NCBI GenBank assembly: GCA_020348985.1
Contig: CP070761.1
Coordinates: forward strand, 1,381,747 to 1,394,744
Direction of reading: 5' to 3'
DNA: 12,998 bases
Source: Candidatus Thorarchaeota archaeon
GTDB taxonomy: Archaea; Asgardarchaeota; Thorarchaeia; Thorarchaeales; Thorarchaeaceae
Shown: in pieces, positions 7,210 to 12,998 of the stretch
How positions within the stretch are numbered: position 1 is the stretch's first letter
How the letters are laid out: the number at the start of each line of letters is the position of its first letter
Notes under the pieces: generated by a model
The model's input: the letters and a program-made list of their open reading frames with translations, nothing else
The model's database searches: none
Told to the model about the DNA's origin: nothing
Translations under genes and position numbers: made by a program

Positions 7210-8259
7210 GTGGAGGATCAACCTGCAAAGACCGGATTGCCGCCTGGAACACCGATTCACGTTGGGACTCAAAGACCTGACAGAGTCCGAATACAAGTGA
7301 CAGACTACAATGAATCAATGTTTGAAACGGCAGACGACGTGCCTGTTGAACTCTGTGCCAAAGGGAAGGAGAATCATGTTCGCTGGGTACACGTTAATGG
7401 GGTTAACGATGTTACCGCTGTTGAGCAGATATCAGAGGTATTCAGCATTCATCCATTGATTACCGAGGATATTGTGAGAACGGAACAGAGACCGAAAATC
7501 GAGAAGACTCTAGAGAAGGTCTTTGTAGTCGTCCGCTGGTTTCAATTCGACAAACAGAATGAAGAGCTTCTGTCCGAGCAAGTGAGCATCCTACTAGACT
7601 CCTCTCATGTGATCTCCTTTCAGGAGTCCGAACAGAATCACTTTGTCCCCATTCTTGAAAGAGCAAAGAAGAATCTTGGGCGAATCAGGAAGAGTGGTTC
7701 AGACTATCTCGCATATGCTCTTATCGACTTGATTGTTGACCACTATTTTGTCATACTGGAAGACATTGGTGAGAAGATCGAAATTCTTGAGGATTCTCTG
7801 ACTGCCAAGCCTAGCAAGGATCTTCTTGAGGAGATTTATAGACTGAAAAGGATAGTTATTGAGATGCGCCGACATATATGGCCCTTGAGAGAAGTTGTAT
7901 CAAGATTCATGAGAGATGATGAACTACTCGCACAAGAATCAACTCGAGTCTACTTGAAGGACCTCTACGACCACGTCTATCGCGTTACAGACTACTTGGA
8001 AACCTATCGCGAGTCTATGACCGGAGCGCTCGACATTTACCTTTCAAGTGTCAGTAATCGGATGAACGAAGTCATGAAGGTTCTAACGGTAATCTCCACC
8101 ATTTTCATTCCCTTGACTCTCATGGCCAGCATATATGGTATGAACTTCCAGAACATGCCAGAGTTGGCTTGGCCGTTTGGATACCCAGCTCTGCTTCTAT
8201 CTATGCTTGTCGTCGGGCTATTACTACTTGCTGGTTTCAGAAGAATTGGATGGGTTTGA
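7210..8259 (+). CDS. corA: Magnesium/cobalt transporter CorA
   Basis: KTGLPPGTPIHVG N-terminus, IHPLITEDI…QRPKIE, MNEVMKVLT, YGMNF signature, MPELAWPFGY. The ORF is open from TTG 7111, but homology with Thermotoga-type CorA begins near GTG 7210, so the start is uncertain. Confidence 0.95.
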   Translation: MEDQPAKTGLPPGTPIHVGTQRPDRVRIQVTDYNESMFETADDVPVELCAKGKENHVRWVHVNGVNDVTAVEQISEVFSIHPLITEDIVRTEQRPKIEKTLEKVFVVVRWFQFDKQNEELLSEQVSILLDSSHVISFQESEQNHFVPILERAKKNLGRIRKSGSDYLAYALIDLIVDHYFVILEDIGEKIEILEDSLTAKPSKDLLEEIYRLKRIVIEMRRHIWPLREVVSRFMRDDELLAQESTRVYLKDLYDHVYRVTDYLETYRESMTGALDIYLSSVSNRMNEVMKVLTVISTIFIPLTLMASIYGMNFQNMPELAWPFGYPALLLSMLVVGLLLLAGFRRIGWV

Positions 8260-8340
8260 GAAAACCTAAGCTACGACGGTTAATTGTTCAGAACTGCCGT
8301 CCATCAGAGGGAAAAAGTTAACTCCGTCGGACGTTCTTCG

Positions 8341-8348
8341 TTTAAGTA
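8341..8348 (+). promoter_or_regulatory. Putative TATA box (TTTAAGTA) for the ferritin-like gene
   Basis: Archaeal TATA-like sequence ~25 nt upstream of the start codons at 8372/8375. Confidence 0.5.
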
Positions 8349-8371
8349 CCACAAAATCCCTGGAGAGATGA

Positions 8372-8788
8372 GTGATGACAAAAACACTTGTTGAAATGAT
8401 GAACAAGGCGATTGGATTGGAACTTCAAGTGTCAATCCAATATATGTGGCAGCATGTCAGGATCTATGGATTCAATCACTTAGCGATTGCTGAAGAACTC
8501 AAGAAGATCGCAATTGAGGAAATGAAGCACGCTGAAAGCATTGCTGAACGGATTGACTATCTAGGCGGAATACCCACTACAAATCCGGCCAAGATTACGT
8601 TAGGTGACACACCGGATCAAATGATTACGAACGACATGTTGGCTGAAGAAGAGACCATTGCATTTTACAAGACGATAATTAGCAAAGCCGCTGAATTGAA
8701 GGACTATGTCACGAGGGAGCTCTTTGAGCACATATTGGCCGACGAGGAAGACCATCACAACGTGTTTAGGACACTTCTTGAGACCTAG
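8372..8788 (+). CDS. bfr: Short bacterioferritin-like protein
   Basis: Ferroxidase ligands E17, E50, H53, E92, E125, H128 and heme-ligand-position M51 (EEMKH); ERIDYLGGIP. Start is GTG 8372 or ATG 8375. Confidence 0.88.
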   Translation: MMTKTLVEMMNKAIGLELQVSIQYMWQHVRIYGFNHLAIAEELKKIAIEEMKHAESIAERIDYLGGIPTTNPAKITLGDTPDQMITNDMLAEEETIAFYKTIISKAAELKDYVTRELFEHILADEEDHHNVFRTLLET

Positions 8789-8878
8789 TTGCTCCGCTCA
8801 CCGGAAGGTTGCTCTTCGGCGTTGGTCCATCAGACGCCGCGTCATACTGATATCGTAGTATAATAGGAGACAGACAGA

Positions 8879-9766
8879 ATGCAGACACCTGATATCCTTG
8901 CTGGAATCATAGAGCTACTCCAGAGCTACGCGGGCCCCGTGTTGCTTCTGACGTTTCAACTCATATTGATATCAATTGTCTATCTCATTGTCACTCGAGG
9001 ACTCAGAAGGTCTCTACAAAATCTTGGAATGGGACTTGAAGCGTCAACCGGCGTAGTTCTAATAGTGAGGCTTCTATTCTTTGTTGTGGTTGTCTTTGTA
9101 TTCCTGAATTTGCTAGGTCCTGACAATACGACAATCCTGTCAGTTTCTGCAGTTTTCGGAACTGCGATTGGCCTCGCATTCTCGCAATCTGTAGGGAATA
9201 TTGTCAGCGGGCTTTACGTTCTTGCTGCACGCCCCTTTAGAGTAGGGGACTACGTCAACATTGGAGGGCTTGAAGGCATTGTTCGCGAGATTACACTCAA
9301 CTACACAAGAATCCTCCAACCGGACATGACTCGTCAGATTGTGCCCAACAGTCGGGTTGTAACAAGCGCAGTCACAAACTACCGTGTAGATCTCAAGGAT
9401 TTCGTCAAGGAAGAGGAATCAGAGAAGGACAACAAGGAAGACAGGACAAGATGGGGGGTTGTCTTTAATGCTTTTACGCGTCTGAAGGACGCAGCAGGAT
9501 ACAGTGTAGCCTATCGGTACACTTTTGACCTAACTTTCCACCAAAGTCTGGATCTTTCGCGAACCAGAGTCCTGTTGAACCGTGCTTGTGACAAGTGGAC
9601 GAGTGTGTTTCTTCAGCGTCCCGACTATTCTGTGGTTGCCGCGCCAACTGCAGCTGTTGTTTTCAAGTTCTCCTTTATTGTCCTGAATCCAATGGACATC
9701 ATTAGACATTCTTCAGCTTTCATGGATGACCTTCTAGCAATCCACTGGGAAGGACCTCATTCATAG
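8879..9766 (+). CDS. mscS: MscS-family small-conductance mechanosensitive channel
   Basis: Three N-terminal TM segments, GTAIGLAFSQSVGNIVSGL, PFRVGDYVNIGGLEGIVREITLNYT…IVPNS; AGGAG upstream of the ATG. Confidence 0.9.
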   Translation: MQTPDILAGIIELLQSYAGPVLLLTFQLILISIVYLIVTRGLRRSLQNLGMGLEASTGVVLIVRLLFFVVVVFVFLNLLGPDNTTILSVSAVFGTAIGLAFSQSVGNIVSGLYVLAARPFRVGDYVNIGGLEGIVREITLNYTRILQPDMTRQIVPNSRVVTSAVTNYRVDLKDFVKEEESEKDNKEDRTRWGVVFNAFTRLKDAAGYSVAYRYTFDLTFHQSLDLSRTRVLLNRACDKWTSVFLQRPDYSVVAAPTAAVVFKFSFIVLNPMDIIRHSSAFMDDLLAIHWEGPHS

Positions 9767-9938
9767 CGAATGCTCACAGAACGCGAATAATCTTCGAGAT
9801 GAGACATAGCGTTGGAGACTTTGGCCATATCTAGCTAATGGCTCTTGGATTCGAATTGGCTTCTGAGAGCACAGTCTGACCAGACACTCAGTAGTCTGTT
9901 CTGTCCATCTTTTTGTGCACCAAGCACATGCAAATATG

Positions 9939-10130
9939 CTAGTATTCTCTGGTCGCCCCGCTGATTATTCTAGCAAATCCGTTTATCATGAATGAGATTG
10001 AAATGACTAAGACCAAAGTCAGATATCCAAATGTAGGCATGGTAATCAAATACAATGACAAGATCATGGCAGATAATCCTACAATGATGTCGAGCGCACG
10101 AATTCCCTTGACCTTTCCTTCCACAGACAA
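9939..10130 (-). CDS. 63-aa single-repeat HdeD/DUF308-like membrane protein
   Basis: From TTG 10130: MSVEGKVKGIRALDIIVG…GFARIISGATREY. Aligns without gaps to repeat 1 of the adjacent gene (20 of the first 55 residues identical by hand count). Confidence 0.7.
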   Translation of the reverse strand: MSVEGKVKGIRALDIIVGLSAMILSLYLITMPTFGYLTLVLVISISFMINGFARIISGATREY

Positions 10131-10266
10131 AGTGTCATGCAAGCGCAGAAGGCGGATTTCAGCCTTGTGGGCCAAGAAGGATACTGCACTATCTAGTCAG
10201 AAGCTCTCCGGTCTCACTTAGCCTGGCGTAAGGCAATAAAGCAATCGGATCAGATGTCTTGTGCAC

Positions 10267-10809
10267 CTATCTCAGTTCACCCGTGACTCCACTTGCTATT
10301 CTAAGTACTCCAAGTGCGGCAAGCGCCGTCGACATTGCCACTGCAAGGATGAAGAAGCCCAAATCCAAGAACAGAATCGCGATTACTCCAAGGAGTACTG
10401 CAAGAATGCCGACCACAATATAGGCAACTCTCGCCCAATCAACAAGGCTGTCTTCTGAAATCCCAACGAATATCCTTGATAGACCAGCAAGTGCAATAGC
10501 CCCCGCTATCATACCCGTAAGAAATGCAATCGTACCAGCAGGGTATAAGAAAACAATAGATGCCAACACAATAACACCGATTCCCGTAATCACTTTGACC
10601 GCCTTGGTTGTAGGCTTCAAGTCTTTCAAGACGATGGTCTTCACAATTCGAGAGAAACCAATGAAAAGGAGTCCTGCAGACATGGCGTAGACGAGCATAA
10701 TCTCCGCAAATCCTGGCAGTCCAACGACCAAGAATGAGACCCCAATTAGTACAACTCCAACGAGAATGTCTAGTCCCCGAACCCATTTGGGGTATTCTTC
10801 TGCTGACAT
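10267..10809 (-). CDS. HdeD/DUF308-family membrane protein with three two-helix repeats
   Basis: Three ~58-aa repeats, each with I(L/T/V)(V)G…GxxRI. Likely start is ATG 10809 (MSAEEYPKW). Confidence 0.82.
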   Translation of the reverse strand: MSAEEYPKWVRGLDILVGVVLIGVSFLVVGLPGFAEIMLVYAMSAGLLFIGFSRIVKTIVLKDLKPTTKAVKVITGIGVIVLASIVFLYPAGTIAFLTGMIAGAIALAGLSRIFVGISEDSLVDWARVAYIVVGILAVLLGVIAILFLDLGFFILAVAMSTALAALGVLRIASGVTGELR

Positions 10810-10997
10810 AGGGATGACTTGCACAATCACGGTTTTGAGGATTTCGCTTCTCGGTCGGCTTTGCCGTCAAGACGTTTCCTCTAACAGCACTGAGGGCGTG
10901 TTCGAGCGACTTTGTAGTATCAGCTCTTCCTCTATAGGTAGATTTCTACTTAGTTGAATTCCGACTACATATCCAGCGAACTCTTGACAGCATTCGT

Positions 10998-12377
10998 CTA
11001 TAGGGTCGCAGCTGTCATTCTGCAATCGTTGACTTTGACTGCAGGAATAGTTGTAGGCGTCGTGACCTCCCACCAGAAGATCTGTGGAGCTTCTTTCCCC
11101 AGTGCAGAAATATTCGCGAACATTCTCAGGACATTGTCGCTGATTCGAAGGTTCTTGATGGGTGTCATCTCACCGTCATTCACTAAGAACATTGCATCTC
11201 TAGGGATGGTCGAGAACTCTCCTGTCTGATAGTTCTGATATCTAGTGTACCAATTGCATGTCACGTATATCGTGGGTTTGCTGCCTTCAAGCAGCTCATC
11301 AATTGCATAGTCTCCAGGCTCAAAGATCAGATTTGACGAATTGGGGAGCAGAAGTCTCAGACCGGACCCGGCGCTCAGAACGGCAGAACTCCCGGTTGAT
11401 TTTGCTCCATACATGTCCGCCGTTGTTGTGTTGTGAAGGAATGATTTCAAAACACCGTTCTCAATGATTGGGGTAGGTCTTGTTGGGGTCCCTTCGAAAT
11501 CGAACGGGCGGCTTGTGAGACCTCCTGGTAAGAGTGGGTTATCTACCACATTGACAAACTCGGGGGCAATCTGTTCGCCCATCTTGTCTCCCAAAGCTGA
11601 TTGACCAATCAGGACCATGAATGGGTTTGCAGAGTCCGGCACAAATCCAATCACATTCGCAGCCACGGTAGGACTAAGGACAAGATCGTATGTACCAGGT
11701 TCACCTTGCTCAGCCCCTTCCGCTTTCTTGGCCAGGTCTCCAGCTTGAGCACCCGCACGAATCATCTCCTTGACAGACTTAGTTGGTAGAGTTCCGCACC
11801 AAAGACCTTGACCGGAGTGGTCAAGTTTCTCTTGGAAGGCCCGGACGTTTAGGTCAAACATCGTCTCTTGAGTGGACCCCTCTGAACCGTAACTAGATCT
11901 GAAGAACAGATGTTGTTTCCTGAGCATCAGCGCACCGGCAACTCTTCTTGCGCCCTGCTCTCTTGCCGCATCAATTGCCGAGTTAACAATACTAGGAGCA
12001 TCTTCAACAAAGCCATCAAACTTGGAATCGTATCGATCTTTGATCTTCTCATACTTGCCTATTTCTTTCTCAATTCCTGTAAAGAACTGTGACTCTGGAA
12101 GTGCTCGCGTGAATCCAATTGTATCATCGACGAAACGCCGAACTTCATCTTCGCTAGTGACTGACCGTTCAGCTATGCCAATCTTGGCGCCTTCGGTATT
12201 GACGAAGAGAACAAACTCAAGACTCTCCCATTGCTTAGCAATGTCAATCCTGTTTTGCGAGAATCTGATTTGAGAGACCGAAGAGAGGACTCCTCTGGCT
12301 ATCGCACTTTCACACTTCTTTGAGGCGTAGCCAACGGCGGTTTCGACAAATGACTTGACCTGGTCCATATCACCCAT
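10998..12377 (-). CDS. pmbA: TldE/PmbA subunit of the TldD/E metalloprotease
   Basis: QIRFSQNRI, PGTYDLVLSP, DNPLLPGGLTSRPFDFEGTPT…IIENGVLKSFLHN, WYTRYQNYQTGEFSTIPRD, NLRISDN; no HExxxH. TAATG overlap with tldD and GGAGGTG upstream. Confidence 0.9.
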   Translation of the reverse strand: MGDMDQVKSFVETAVGYASKKCESAIARGVLSSVSQIRFSQNRIDIAKQWESLEFVLFVNTEGAKIGIAERSVTSEDEVRRFVDDTIGFTRALPESQFFTGIEKEIGKYEKIKDRYDSKFDGFVEDAPSIVNSAIDAAREQGARRVAGALMLRKQHLFFRSSYGSEGSTQETMFDLNVRAFQEKLDHSGQGLWCGTLPTKSVKEMIRAGAQAGDLAKKAEGAEQGEPGTYDLVLSPTVAANVIGFVPDSANPFMVLIGQSALGDKMGEQIAPEFVNVVDNPLLPGGLTSRPFDFEGTPTRPTPIIENGVLKSFLHNTTTADMYGAKSTGSSAVLSAGSGLRLLLPNSSNLIFEPGDYAIDELLEGSKPTIYVTCNWYTRYQNYQTGEFSTIPRDAMFLVNDGEMTPIKNLRISDNVLRMFANISALGKEAPQIFWWEVTTPTTIPAVKVNDCRMTAATL

Positions 12378-12997
12378 TAGCCAACACCTCCGAGTCTAAT
12401 CCCCCTGAAGCGTATCTCTCCGCCTCCTGCATAGACTGGTATACCTTGCATCGGATCACTCTTTCCACAGGTTCCCGGAAAGTCAAATCGGAGCTCCTTT
12501 GACACTGCATCAACAGCATTCATCATTCCTATGCTCGTAGTCTCCATAACAGGCCTACGAACCATAGTGTCAGTCAATTCGCCATCCTTGATCAAGTACG
12601 CCTCACAACCTGTGTACTTCGATTGATATCTTCTGTCGTCTATGTTCCATTCTGTGAAGGATCTCATGTAGACTCCTAGTTTGACATCCTCAACCAACTC
12701 TTCGAAGGTGTAACTCCCGGGTTCGAAGTATGTATTTGCCATTCTGATTAGCGGCTCCCGATTGAAGTCTGTAGCTCTAGCAGCTGCGTTTGAATCAGTA
12801 CCAAACTTGACCCCAAATTCCCTGTTGAGAAGTGCCTCGTTTGCAATTCCCTCTTTGATCAGCTCTCTCTTGCGGGCTTTGACTCCCTCATCATCATATA
12901 CATAAAATCCACCGGTAAAGGGTATGGTCGGGTCCTCACTAACATTGACAGCATCCGAACCAACTCTGGATTCGCCAATCGTGAGGTCTCGCCAGAA
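12377..12997 (-). CDS. tldD: TldD metalloprotease subunit, 3' part (continues beyond the window)
   Basis: Frame is open to the window edge: FWRDLTIGESRVGSDAVNVSEDPT…YDDEGV…REPLIRMANTYFEPG…GTCGKSDPMQG, with the TldD CGK metal-ligand motif. The 121-aa ORF in the track is only its tail. Confidence 0.93.
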   Translation of the reverse strand, partial: FWRDLTIGESRVGSDAVNVSEDPTIPFTGGFYVYDDEGVKARKRELIKEGIANEALLNREFGVKFGTDSNAAARATDFNREPLIRMANTYFEPGSYTFEELVEDVKLGVYMRSFTEWNIDDRRYQSKYTGCEAYLIKDGELTDTMVRRPVMETTSIGMMNAVDAVSKELRFDFPGTCGKSDPMQGIPVYAGGGEIRFRGIRLGGVG

Positions 12998-12998
12998 G

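Noticed and set aside
8275-8301. IRE-like hairpin upstream of bfr
   Set aside because: CAGAAC is not CAGUGN, the upper stem does not pair, and it lies upstream of the putative TATA.
9767-9900. tRNA fragment (TTCGAATCC on minus strand) or SECIS element
   Set aside because: No T-stem or cloverleaf, no clear SECIS core, and no gene here needs UGA recoding.
9988-12273. Other short ORFs in the track (9988-10221, 10261-10458, 10439-10870, 10766-10957, 10867-11073, 10954-12273 plus-strand ORFs)
   Set aside because: They overlap better-supported genes in other frames or on the other strand and have no independent support.

Overview
Gene-dense prokaryotic window with no rRNA, tRNA, CRISPR or mobile element that I can support. 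Archaeal-style promoters and GGTGA/GGAGGTG ribosome-binding sites, a tandem double Lrp/AsnC regulator and C-terminally anchored secreted enzymes suggest an archaeon, probably Asgard/Thorarchaeia (inference). Order: double Lrp/AsnC regulator (+); a translationally coupled minus-strand pair of exported hydrolases (a C45/choloylglycine-hydrolase-like Ntn hydrolase with Ser at the Cys nucleophile position, and an SxxK serine hydrolase); a stand-alone EutA-like ASKHA ATPase without eutBC, preceded by a leader with two mutually exclusive pairings; a 52-aa membrane microprotein with a His/Asp tail that the ORF track missed; a 394-aa polytopic membrane protein; CorA; a short bacterioferritin lacking helix E; MscS; a 63-aa single-repeat and a 180-aa three-repeat HdeD/DUF308 protein; PmbA/TldE; and the 3' part of TldD. 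The strongest leads are the orphan EutA with its leader and neighbouring microprotein, the Cys-to-Ser Ntn hydrolase module, and the one-repeat/three-repeat DUF308 pair. Family calls are from motif recognition by eye, not database searches.
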